Of a DNA stretch of 64,000 nt, positions 19,628 through 28,046 are shown in pieces. The number at the start of each line of letters is the position of its first letter. Within the stretch, counting starts at the first letter, position 1. Origin of the DNA: Hyphomicrobiales bacterium (GTDB lineage: Bacteria; Pseudomonadota; Alphaproteobacteria; Rhizobiales; Aestuariivirgaceae); assembly GCA_025359045.1 (NCBI GenBank), contig JANYHN010000028.1, positions 8,473 to 72,472 on the forward strand, given 5' to 3'. Under the pieces are notes generated by a model. It was not told the DNA's origin. It saw nothing but the letters and a program-made list of their open reading frames with translations, and searched no databases. The position numbers were made by a program, and so were the translations under genes.

Positions 19628-20317
19628 TCAACCTTTGGGCTTGATATATTTGTCCCAGAGGTCGAGACGGCGTTTTTTCGTTAATTCTTCACGTTTTTCG
19701 CATTTCCAAGCGGCAATTTTGGCATGATCACCTGATTGCAAGATGTCTGGCGTATCTTTGCCTTCCCAGATTCTGGGCTTGGTGTAATGCGGGTGTTCCA
19801 GCAGCCCATCCTCAAAGCTTTCCTCCGCATGAGATTGATCATGCCCCATCACACCTGGCAACAGGCGGATGACTGCATCGAGCAAAACCAACGCTGCGGG
19901 TTCGCCGCCTGACAAAATGTAATCTCCAATTGAGATTTCTTGAAGCTGGCGGTTTTCAATCACACGCTCATCAATACCTTCAAACCGCCCGCAAATAATC
20001 ATGCAGCCCTCGCCACTTGCAAGTTCGCGCACGAAATTTTGCGTGAGTGGCATGCCACGCGGGCTCATCAGCAAGCGCGGGCCCTTGTGCGGCGTGGCAT
20101 CAATAGCGCGCGCCAGAATATCAGGCTTCAACACCATGCCAGCCCCGCCCCCTGCGGGATGATCATCGACGGTGCGGTGACGGTCGGTCGTAAAGCTTCT
20201 GATATCTTGTGCTGCATAAGACCACTTGCCATCATTCAAAGCTTTGCCAGCTAATGATTGTCCAAGTGTGCCCGGGAACATGTCGGGGAAGAGAGTTAGG
20301 ATTTGAGCGTTAAACAT
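19628..20317 (-). CDS. trmD: tRNA (guanine37-N1)-methyltransferase
   Basis: [36 protein letters not shown]. Confidence 0.98.
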   Translation of the reverse strand: MFNAQILTLFPDMFPGTLGQSLAGKALNDGKWSYAAQDIRSFTTDRHRTVDDHPAGGGAGMVLKPDILARAIDATPHKGPRLLMSPRGMPLTQNFVRELASGEGCMIICGRFEGIDERVIENRQLQEISIGDYILSGGEPAALVLLDAVIRLLPGVMGHDQSHAEESFEDGLLEHPHYTKPRIWEGKDTPDILQSGDHAKIAAWKCEKREELTKKRRLDLWDKYIKPKG

Positions 20318-20834
20318 CGTCGCGCTTGCCCTCCTCCAAATAATCCTCCGGCAAATCCACGATCACTTTCGCGGCGGTTGCAGAGACAATGAATTTCTTC
20401 GTGTAAGGAATAAGCACAGTCTCGACGCGCCCTTCCACTTTCACATCCATCAAATCACCCGCACCAAAATTTTCAAAACCTACAATCATACCCAGCAACG
20501 TATCATTTGCTCCGTACACGGAGGTTCCGATGAGGTCATGCATATAGATTTCATCGTCAGATGGTTTTGGCAATTGCGCGCGCGAGATAAAAAGCTCCGT
20601 GCCTTTTAACGCCTCAGAACGATTGCGATCGGTCACGTTTTTCAACGTTGCGATAAAATCAGTTGTCGCTGGTTTCAGTTTGGTGATTTCGAATATCTCG
20701 CCCGTGGGCGATTGTAACGCGCCATAATTGGCTACCGTTTTTGGATCAGCGGTGAAGCTTTTCAACTTCACCTCACCGCGAATTCCATGTGCCCCAATAA
20801 TAACGCCGACCGATATGAGATCGCGCGGCGCCAT
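20310..20834 (-). CDS. rimM: Ribosome maturation factor RimM
   Basis: [17 protein letters not shown]; lies between rpsP and trmD. Confidence 0.96.
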   Translation of the reverse strand: MAPRDLISVGVIIGAHGIRGEVKLKSFTADPKTVANYGALQSPTGEIFEITKLKPATTDFIATLKNVTDRNRSEALKGTELFISRAQLPKPSDDEIYMHDLIGTSVYGANDTLLGMIVGFENFGAGDLMDVKVEGRVETVLIPYTKKFIVSATAAKVIVDLPEDYLEEGKRDDV

Positions 20835-20841
20835 TTAAATT

Positions 20842-21312
20842 TTAAGCAGCTGGTGTTTCAGCAGGTGCTGCAGCAGCAGCTTTTGCGGCTTCAGCTTCAG
20901 CAATGGCAGCAGCTTTTGCGGCTTCAATTGCGGCAGCTTCTGCGGCCTTTGCAGCTTCAGCAGCGGCGGCAACTTTGGCCACGGCATCAGCCGCCAGCTT
21001 TTCACGCTCCATGCGCTTCTTGCCAGGAAGTGCCTTGTTTGGATTGTTGCGTACAGGGCGCTTTGCAACACCGGCTTTATCAAGGAAACGCAGAACACGG
21101 TCTGTGGGTTGCGCACCCTTCTTCAGCCACTCTGCAGCCTTTGCACCATCAAGCTTCACACGGTCTGGCGCATCCTTGGCCAACATTGGATTGAACGCAC
21201 CAATGATGTCGATGAACTTGCCATCGCGTGGGCTGGTCGCTGCAGCAACCACGATATGATAATAAGGGCGCTTCTTAGAGCCTGCACGTGCGAGGCGGAT
21301 TTTAACTGACAT
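20842..21312 (-). CDS. rpsP: 30S ribosomal protein S16 with Ala/Glu-rich tail
   Basis: [32 protein letters not shown]. Confidence 0.98.
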   Translation of the reverse strand: MSVKIRLARAGSKKRPYYHIVVAAATSPRDGKFIDIIGAFNPMLAKDAPDRVKLDGAKAAEWLKKGAQPTDRVLRFLDKAGVAKRPVRNNPNKALPGKKRMEREKLAADAVAKVAAAAEAAKAAEAAAIEAAKAAAIAEAEAAKAAAAAPAETPAA

Positions 21313-21343
21313 ATTTTAGTCTCCTATTTGATTACGATTAAAT

Positions 21344-22900
21344 TTATTTCTTCTTCCCCAAACCGGGAAAACCTTTGAAGGGATTGCCACCAAGCCCTGG
21401 CAAACCGCCAAGGCCTGGTAATTTCGGTGCGCCTAAACCGGGCAGACTTGGCGGGGTTGGAATGCCGCCGCTATCCATCATATCGCGCAGCTCTGGCGGC
21501 AATGAATTGGGGTCCATACCTGCAAGCTCTGCCTGCATCTTTTCCATCTCGGCGGCATCAGGCGCACCTTGCCCGCCCATCAACTTGCCCAGCATGCCTT
21601 TGCCTTGGCCCATCTGCTTCATCATTGTGGCCATCTGCAAATGCATTTTGAGCAGCTTATTGATCTCTTCAACCTTGGTGCCAGACCCTGCGGCCACGCG
21701 CTTCTTGCGCTTGCCATCTAAAATTTTCGGATTGCGGCGCTCAGCCTTGGTCATCGATCCAATAATGGCGAGCTGTTGGTTGAACACTTTTTTCTGAAGG
21801 TCCATGCCTTCAATTTGTTTCTTCATCTTGCCCATGCCGGGCAACATGTTCATGACGCCGCCCATGCCGCCAAGCTTTTCAATCTGGCGGAGTTGATCGG
21901 CCAGATCATTCAGATCAAATGCACCTTTGCGCATCCGCTCAGCAATTTTCTTGGCCTTGTCATGGTCAATATCAAGGGCCGCGCGTTCAACCAGCGAAAC
22001 CACATCGCCCATGCCCAGAATGCGGCCAGCAATCCGGTCTGGATGGAAATCTTCGAGGCCATCAAGCTTTTCGCCAGTACCCAATAACTTGATGGGTTTA
22101 CCAGTAACCGCCCGCATTGAAAGCGCAGCACCACCACGGCCATCGCCATCAATACGCGTGAGCACTATGCCCGTGATGCCGATCTTCTCATCGAAGCTTC
22201 TCGCAAGGTTCACAGCGTCTTGACCTGTCAGCGCATCGACAACCAAAAGTGTTTCCTTTGGCTTGGCAATATCGCGCACCATGGCGGCTTCGGCCAAAAG
22301 CTCTTCATCAATATGCAGTCGGCCTGCGGTATCCAACAACACCACATCATAAGCTCCAATGCGCGCTTGGCTCATGGCGCGCTTGGCGATCTGAACCGGT
22401 GTTTCGCCTCTAACGATGGCGAGTGTGTCGACCTTCACTTGTTGGCCCAGAATAGCCAGCTGTTCTTGAGCAGCAGGGCGGCGCGTGTCGAGCGAGGCCA
22501 TCAAGACTTTGCGCTTCTCACGCTCCGTCAAACGCTTGGCGATTTTCGCCGTAGTGGTGGTTTTGCCAGAGCCTTGCAGGCCCACCATTAAAATAGCCAC
22601 AGGTGGCGAGGCGCGCAGATTGAGTGCCGATTGATCAGACCCCAGTGTTTCCACTAGCGTATCATGCACAATCTTGACCACCATCTGGCCGGGCTTGATC
22701 GATTTTACAACATCTTGCCCAACCGCGCGTTCGCGCACTTTTTCGGTGAAGGTTTTGACGACTTCTAAAGCAACATCAGCCTCAAGCAGCGCGCGGCGCA
22801 CTTCGCGCATCGCCACATCCACATCCTCAGCCGAAAGCGCACCGCGGCCGGTGATCTTATCGAATATGCCAGAGAGGCGGTCGCTTAAAGTTTCAAACAT
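21344..22900 (-). CDS. ffh: Signal recognition particle protein Ffh
   Basis: GLQGSGKTTT, DTAGRLH, DGDGRGGAALS, Met-rich M domain. Confidence 0.98.
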   Translation of the reverse strand: MFETLSDRLSGIFDKITGRGALSAEDVDVAMREVRRALLEADVALEVVKTFTEKVRERAVGQDVVKSIKPGQMVVKIVHDTLVETLGSDQSALNLRASPPVAILMVGLQGSGKTTTTAKIAKRLTEREKRKVLMASLDTRRPAAQEQLAILGQQVKVDTLAIVRGETPVQIAKRAMSQARIGAYDVVLLDTAGRLHIDEELLAEAAMVRDIAKPKETLLVVDALTGQDAVNLARSFDEKIGITGIVLTRIDGDGRGGAALSMRAVTGKPIKLLGTGEKLDGLEDFHPDRIAGRILGMGDVVSLVERAALDIDHDKAKKIAERMRKGAFDLNDLADQLRQIEKLGGMGGVMNMLPGMGKMKKQIEGMDLQKKVFNQQLAIIGSMTKAERRNPKILDGKRKKRVAAGSGTKVEEINKLLKMHLQMATMMKQMGQGKGMLGKLMGGQGAPDAAEMEKMQAELAGMDPNSLPPELRDMMDSGGIPTPPSLPGLGAPKLPGLGGLPGLGGNPFKGFPGLGKKK

Positions 22901-23045
22901 TCAGGTCTCTTGCGTTGCCAAGCCGCACTCCAAACGAAAAATCACCCGGGAGCGAAACTCGCCGCCGGATGTGGGCTTAGTGCCTCCCGGGAACAATTGC
23001 CCCATGTGCAAAAAGCCTCGAGACGTCTGAAAAGCGTCTTAGGAT
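22901..23045 (-). ncRNA. Structured 5' leader of ffh (ffh-leader-like cis-regulatory RNA)
   Basis: Stem CCCGGGAG/CTCCCGGG (22945-52/22984-91) plus a 5' AGACG/CGTCT hairpin between the promoter and the ATG; an ffh leader RNA family is known in alphaproteobacteria. Confidence 0.6.
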
Positions 23046-23051
23046 GTGGGT

Positions 23052-23080
23052 GACATAGGGGAACTGGGGGGAGAAGTCAA
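23052..23080 (-). promoter_or_regulatory. sigma70 promoter of the ffh-rpsP-rimM-trmD operon
   Basis: Minus strand TTGACT-N17-TATGTC. Confidence 0.65.
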
Positions 23081-23143
23081 ATACCTCGCCTATTATCACG
23101 TAGCATCGCTGAACCGTCATCCCATCAAAACTCTGAGGAATCA

Positions 23144-23380
23144 TTACCTCAGTATTTCTGGCAAGCTGTACCACCAAAGTGGACTGAGGTCATTTTCACT
23201 CGTGTGATAGAAATCAGCAATTTTCTTTTTGAACCAGCTCCGCGCTTTGGAAACGTCGCTAACTATGTCGCTGTCAAGATCAAATTGGACATCAACATAA
23301 TTTCTATGATGGGTTTCATGGCCGAAAGACAAATAAAATCCGTGAGGTACTTTTTTAGCATAAGCTTTAATCATGAGCAC
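23144..23380 (-). CDS. Hypothetical protein or gene remnant in an AT-rich patch
   Basis: 78-aa ORF with no recognisable motif, downstream of hicA. Confidence 0.3.
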   Translation of the reverse strand: MLMIKAYAKKVPHGFYLSFGHETHHRNYVDVQFDLDSDIVSDVSKARSWFKKKIADFYHTSENDLSPLWWYSLPEILR

Positions 23381-23485
23381 TATGGTTTTCCTTTCCCAGC
23401 TAACAAAGATACATTAGCAAAGAAAATCAGCTCCGTTTTGAGTTTTTATTTTTACGATTTGTAGCAGGCAAGTCTTTGCTTATGT

Positions 23486-23698
23486 TCAAAGATCACTCGG
23501 TTTCAGCCCTGTCGTCTTCGCTATGCGTGCAAGCATCGAAGGTCCAATTTCTTCGCCATCATGAAAAGCAAAAACAACATCCTGCCAACTTTCACGCGCT
23601 AATGTCCGGTGCGAGCCTGTCTGACGTTTAACAACCCAGCCCAATTTCAACAATGCTGCCAAAACGCGCTTTGCCTTGGTTGCCGGAAACCTGCTCAT
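23486..23698 (-). CDS. hicA: HicA family mRNA interferase toxin
   Basis: LLKLGW...RQTGSHRTL...FHDGEEIGPSMLARI; catalytic His in GSH. Confidence 0.9.
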   Translation of the reverse strand: MSRFPATKAKRVLAALLKLGWVVKRQTGSHRTLARESWQDVVFAFHDGEEIGPSMLARIAKTTGLKPSDL

Positions 23699-23901
23699 GC
23701 AGCAGCGACAACAATCCGAACGTCCATCGGACGTGATTCACCATGTTCAATGCGTTCAGCTAGAACACGCAAAGCCAGCGCTTCAGCTTTGCCTACAGCT
23801 TCCATTTCGGTGGCACCATAGGCCATCACACCTGCAAGCTCTGGCACTTCAGCGATCCAGCGTCCGTCAATCTCTTGCTCGGTTTCAAAAGTAATGTTCA
23901 T
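23695..23901 (-). CDS. hicB: Short HicB-like antitoxin
   Basis: DGRWIAEVPELAGVMAYGATEMEA (partial RNase H fold); overlaps hicA by ATGA. Confidence 0.88.
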   Translation of the reverse strand: MNITFETEQEIDGRWIAEVPELAGVMAYGATEMEAVGKAEALALRVLAERIEHGESRPMDVRIVVAAA

Positions 23902-23931
23902 AGGTAGAGCATATCACACCTCTCCTGAAAC

Positions 23932-24014
23932 GTCACCCCTGCGAAGGCAGTGGCCCAGCTTCTTCTTCACCAGCTTGTAATAAGTAGCTGGATTCCCGCC
24001 TACGCGGGAATGAC
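23932..24014. repeat. REP/MITE-like palindromic element (GTCA.CCC.GCG.AGGC.GG type)
   Basis: Imperfect 29-nt inverted arms 23932-60 and 23986-24014; right arm has the internal hairpin ATTCCCGC-CTAC-GCGGGAAT. Confidence 0.8.
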
Positions 24015-24097
24015 GGGTGGAAGGGAATTGGTTGCAAATCCTACCATGCCCCAACCCCTCCGCTTCATCACATCCCCGGCCAACTGGGTTGCAAAGT

Positions 24098-24472
24098 TTA
24101 AATCACGCCCAGCCCGTTCAAGATCATCATCAAAACCATGACTGCAAGAGCGGTCCAGCTGATCGCATTAACCAAACCCAAATCCACTTTTTTGCCCTGT
24201 GGAGTTTGTTGCTGTTTGACAATCAAAATAATCAGGGCAATTGCCGAGCAGATCAATGCAGCGGCCATCACCCACGCAGAAACGCCATGAAAATGCAGAT
24301 CAGCCAATTTTTGCAGGTGCCTTGTGTGAATGGGCACCTCAAAATCATCACGCCAAACGCTGAAGGCAGCATAACCAGCAAACGCTGCGGCGATTGCGCC
24401 TATAATCAGGTGCCTTTGCATCTGGCTCAGGCCGCGCGGCTGCTTGCGAAATCGATTGTCTGAATCACTCAT
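24098..24472 (-). CDS. Hypothetical membrane protein (about 3 TM)
   Basis: 124 aa, three hydrophobic segments, GGAG SD. Confidence 0.65.
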   Translation of the reverse strand: MSDSDNRFRKQPRGLSQMQRHLIIGAIAAAFAGYAAFSVWRDDFEVPIHTRHLQKLADLHFHGVSAWVMAAALICSAIALIILIVKQQQTPQGKKVDLGLVNAISWTALAVMVLMMILNGLGVI

Positions 24473-24533
24473 TGCGTTGCTCCACCGACCAAGTCTTGTT
24501 GGCTTTTTGGCGATCCTGTAGGATTAACCTACA

Positions 24534-24980
24534 ATGAATCACAAGATTGTCACAACCCCTGCGCTCACCATCGCGGGCCGAAACAAGACTTACAAAGTTG
24601 GCCCTGATCCTGCCATGAAAGACCAATGGGCGAGTTTTATGAGCGACTTTGGCAAGATTGAGGGCCAAGTGGGTTTTTCCGCCTATGGCGTGTGCCATTC
24701 ATTTGGTGGTGGGCTGATGGATTATCTGGTGGGGGTTGAAGTGAAAGACGCGGGCCAAGTGTCGGGCTATATGTATACGCTCACTATCCCCAAACGCAAA
24801 ACCGCAGTGTTTCTGCATGAGGGCGATATTGCGGGGCTTCCCAAAACATGGGGGCGGATTTTTGATGAATGGCTGCCTGCCACCAAACTGGAAGTGGCGC
24901 AAGGCCCGCAGTTTGAAGTTTATGACGAGGACTTCAACAACGGCGACGATAAAATAGAGATATACATCCCTGTAAAATAA
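24534..24980 (+). CDS. GyrI-like small-molecule-binding domain protein
   Basis: YGVC, DYLVGVEV, W..IFDEWLP, PQFEVYDE, IEIYIPVK. Confidence 0.88.
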   Translation: MNHKIVTTPALTIAGRNKTYKVGPDPAMKDQWASFMSDFGKIEGQVGFSAYGVCHSFGGGLMDYLVGVEVKDAGQVSGYMYTLTIPKRKTAVFLHEGDIAGLPKTWGRIFDEWLPATKLEVAQGPQFEVYDEDFNNGDDKIEIYIPVK

Positions 24981-24984
24981 AAAA

Positions 24985-25010
24985 CGCCACGGATGTTTCC
25001 ATCCGTGGCG
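24985..25010. terminator. Terminator hairpin between convergent genes
   Basis: Perfect CGCCACGGATG-TTTC-CATCCGTGGCG; A-tract on the left gives the T-tract for the minus strand. Confidence 0.8.
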
Positions 25011-25031
25011 CTGTAATTCAATTTCGAGAAC

Positions 25032-25763
25032 CTAATTGCGATTGCCGAACAAACGCAGCAACGACAAGAACAGATTGATGAAGTCGAGATATAATCTCAA
25101 CGCACCCATAATCGCCTTGTGGCCCATGACGGTTGAACCATCACCTTCATAATAAGTTTCCTTGATCGCTTGCGTGTCATAGGCAGTAAAGCCTGTGAAG
25201 ATCAAAACGCTGATCACTGACAGTGCAAAACTCATCGCCGAACTTGCAAAGAAAATATTCACCAGTGAAGCCACGATCAAGCCGATCAAGCCCATAAACA
25301 AGAATGAGCCCATGCCTGTGAGATCACGCTTGGTTGTATAGCCATAAATACTCATCGAACCAAAGGTGACCGCCGTGATCAAGAACACGCGCGCAATGCT
25401 GGCGCCTGTGTAGATCAGACCAAGTGAGCCAAAACTAACGCCCACCAATGCAGCATAAATCCAGAACGTGGCTTGGGCCGCGTGCAAACTTAAAGTGTGC
25501 AAACGGAATGACATAAAGAACACCAAGGCCAAAGGTGCCAAGATGATCAGCCATTTTGCCGGGCCCATAAATATGGTTTCGCCAAATGGCGTTAAAGCAC
25601 CATTGACCACGGCCATGTGAAACGTTGCATAAGCAGCAACCGCCGTCAGCACCAAACCGACGGACATATAATTATAAACCCGGAGCATATAGCTCCGGAG
25701 CCCCTGATCCACCGCAACGCCGCTGCCGGCACCTGCTTGTGGGAAATTACGAAGATCTGCCAT
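25032..25763 (-). CDS. yccA: Bax inhibitor-1/YccA family protein
   Basis: DQGLRSYMLRVYNYM, YGYTTKRDL, AYDTQ, LYLDFINLF. Confidence 0.95.
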   Translation of the reverse strand: MADLRNFPQAGAGSGVAVDQGLRSYMLRVYNYMSVGLVLTAVAAYATFHMAVVNGALTPFGETIFMGPAKWLIILAPLALVFFMSFRLHTLSLHAAQATFWIYAALVGVSFGSLGLIYTGASIARVFLITAVTFGSMSIYGYTTKRDLTGMGSFLFMGLIGLIVASLVNIFFASSAMSFALSVISVLIFTGFTAYDTQAIKETYYEGDGSTVMGHKAIMGALRLYLDFINLFLSLLRLFGNRN

Positions 25764-25790
25764 AATGTTCCTCCTGAGAACGAGACTGGA

Positions 25791-25819
25791 ATATGGGGAT
25801 GGGTTTGACTTGCGTCAAG
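25791..25819 (-). promoter_or_regulatory. RpoH promoter of the BI-1/YccA gene
   Basis: Minus strand CTTGAC-N16-CCCATAT, followed by AGGAGG SD. Confidence 0.7.
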
Positions 25820-25829
25820 ACCAGAATAG

Positions 25830-26114
25830 TTAAGATTTGGCGATGCCGTCCATGGCTTGCGCCAGCTTCACATCAAGTTCGGTTATACCACCCGCTGAGT
25901 GTGTCGTCAGCGTGACGTCAACACGGGAATAGACGTTGAACCATTCGGGATGATGATCCATTTTCTCAGCAATCAAAGCAGCCTCAGTCATAAAGCCAAA
26001 AGCTCTGCCGAAGTTTTTGAATTTAAAGCTTTTCATGATGGCCGATCGGCCTTCAACAATGCTCCAGCCAGACAATTGTGTCATCACTTCCGTATCTGTA
26101 AGGACTTTGCTCAT
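25830..26114 (-). CDS. phhB: Pterin-4-alpha-carbinolamine dehydratase
   Basis: [29 protein letters not shown]. Confidence 0.93.
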   Translation of the reverse strand: MSKVLTDTEVMTQLSGWSIVEGRSAIMKSFKFKNFGRAFGFMTEAALIAEKMDHHPEWFNVYSRVDVTLTTHSAGGITELDVKLAQAMDGIAKS

Positions 26115-26650
26115 GCACCCACCATGCCGTAAATTTCCTCCACCGCATAGGGCCCGCCGCCACGCGAGGGGCGCGAGGAAAATAGAACAAATCTCTCAAC
26201 CCTGATTGTGCCACTGCGATAAAGTGCGTGCGATTCAATAAAGCGCTGCAACGCGATCGGATCAGCATCGCGAAGCCGCGCGAGGGTGACATGTGGAATA
26301 AATCTGCGCGGTTCTGGCTCTAAGCCCAAAGTTTGGCAAATGCGCTCTTGAGATTGTTGCAGTCGGCGAAGTTCCGCACTTTCTTCAACATGTGCAATGA
26401 TCGAATGTGGCTTCTTGCCACCAAACACATCAATGCCTTTGAGAGAGATTGTGAACGGTTTGAGCTCCATCCGGTCCAAAGCCAGCGCAACTTCGCGGCC
26501 AAGCCCAACTTGAATATCGCCAATAAATCGCAGCGTGATGTGGAAAGATTCAGGGTCAATCCATGTGGCCCCCATAATGCCACCCTGCATCATGGCCAAA
26601 TCTTCGGTGACCAGTGTAGGAAGTTCAATTCCGGTAAATAAGCGCAACAT
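26111..26650 (-). CDS. thpR: RNA 2',3'-cyclic phosphodiesterase (2H family)
   Basis: RLFTGI, two HxT motifs (HITL, PHVTLAR). Confidence 0.92.
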   Translation of the reverse strand: MLRLFTGIELPTLVTEDLAMMQGGIMGATWIDPESFHITLRFIGDIQVGLGREVALALDRMELKPFTISLKGIDVFGGKKPHSIIAHVEESAELRRLQQSQERICQTLGLEPEPRRFIPHVTLARLRDADPIALQRFIESHALYRSGTIRVERFVLFSSRPSRGGGPYAVEEIYGMVGA

Positions 26651-26699
26651 GTTGAGTTACCCCCGTAATTTGATTCGCCCATCTTATATGACAGGCCGA

Positions 26700-27317
26700 T
26701 TATGGCAACTTGGCAACAAGAGCCTCAGCATAGGGCAGGATTTTTGGCACAATAATGGCCAAGCCTTTTTCGTTGGGGTGAATACCGTCAGCTTGGTTAA
26801 GATCGGGATTGGCCGCCACGCCGTCCAAATAAAACGGATAAAGTGCCGCACCATATTCTGCTGCAAGCTTGGCATAAATGCCGTCAAACTTGGCTTGATA
26901 ATCAGCACCCAGATTGGGTGGCGCGCGCATGCCCAAAATTAAAACGGGCAATTTTTTCTGTTTCAGCATGTCCAAAATCTGCCGAAGCGACGCTTCAGTT
27001 TGCGCAGGTTCAAGCCCGCGAAGCGCATCATTTGCCCCAAGCTCAATGATCACCGCTTTCACATTATCGGTCAGCGCCCAGTCCAGCCGTGCTGCCCCTT
27101 GCGCCGCCGTGTCGCCCGAAACACCTCCATTTATAATGGTTACATCATGGCCCTTGGCTTTCAGCGCGTCTTGCAGTTTATCGGGAAAACTTTTGCCAGC
27201 GTCCAATCCAAGGCCAGCGGTTAAGCTATCACCCAACGCCAAAATAGTGGTTGTGCCAGCTAATGCCTGCCCCCACATGAACCAAAGTGCACAAAAAACT
27301 GTAATAAGAATTCTCAT
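26700..27317 (-). CDS. tesA: Arylesterase/acyl-CoA thioesterase I (GDSL)
   Basis: GDSLTAG, GVSGDT, ELGANDALRG, DGIHPN; start set to the ATG at 27317. Confidence 0.88.
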   Translation of the reverse strand: MRILITVFCALWFMWGQALAGTTTILALGDSLTAGLGLDAGKSFPDKLQDALKAKGHDVTIINGGVSGDTAAQGAARLDWALTDNVKAVIIELGANDALRGLEPAQTEASLRQILDMLKQKKLPVLILGMRAPPNLGADYQAKFDGIYAKLAAEYGAALYPFYLDGVAANPDLNQADGIHPNEKGLAIIVPKILPYAEALVAKLP

Positions 27318-27371
27318 TTGCCTAATATGGAAAGCCTCGCCTGTTCTGGCAAGCCTCAATCTGGATCCTTC

Positions 27372-28046
27372 ATGACCTCAGCCCTTAATCTAAAAGACGT
27401 TCATCTTACTTTATCAAGCAGAGCTGGTGAGGTTAAAATTCTAAGGGGCGTTGATGTGAACGCCAAGGCTGGCGAGGCCATCGGCATTGTGGGGCCATCA
27501 GGTTCGGGCAAAACTTCTCTGCTGATGGTGATTGCCGGATTAGAAACGGTCACTTCAGGAACGATTTCGGTCAACGACATAAGCCTCAACAATCGCTCAG
27601 AAGAACAACTTGCAAAATTCCGCCGCGATAATATTGGCATCATCTTTCAATCCTTTCATTTGATCCCCACCATGACTGCCCTTGAAAATGTGGCGGTGCC
27701 TTTAGAGTTTAAGGGTGCCAAGGACGCATTTGTTCGCGCACGCGCGGGCCTTGAAAAAGTTGGGCTAGGTCATCGTCTCGATCATTACCCCGGGCAACTT
27801 TCTGGAGGTGAACAACAACGTGTGGCCATTGCCCGCGCCGTCACATCGGGGGCTAAAATTTTACTTGCAGATGAGCCGACAGGAAATCTTGACCAAGAAA
27901 CCGGTTCGACAATCATTGATCTGTTGTTTGAGTTGAAAGAAAAAGAAAACGCTACTTTGCTTTTGGTCACTCACGATAAGGGCTTGGCCAAACGTTGCAA
28001 TCGCATTTTAGAAGTGCGCGATGGCAAGGTGAGCGAAGGTAAATGA
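27372..28046 (+). CDS. ABC transporter ATP-binding protein (YbbA-like)
   Basis: GPSGSGKT, LSGGEQQR, ADEPTGNLD; divergent from the arylesterase. Confidence 0.92.
   Translation: MTSALNLKDVHLTLSSRAGEVKILRGVDVNAKAGEAIGIVGPSGSGKTSLLMVIAGLETVTSGTISVNDISLNNRSEEQLAKFRRDNIGIIFQSFHLIPTMTALENVAVPLEFKGAKDAFVRARAGLEKVGLGHRLDHYPGQLSGGEQQRVAIARAVTSGAKILLADEPTGNLDQETGSTIIDLLFELKEKENATLLLVTHDKGLAKRCNRILEVRDGKVSEGK

Noticed and set aside
20842-21010. Ala/Glu-rich tail of S16 and GCAGCA-like repeats
   Set aside because: Low-complexity S16 extensions are common in alphaproteobacteria.
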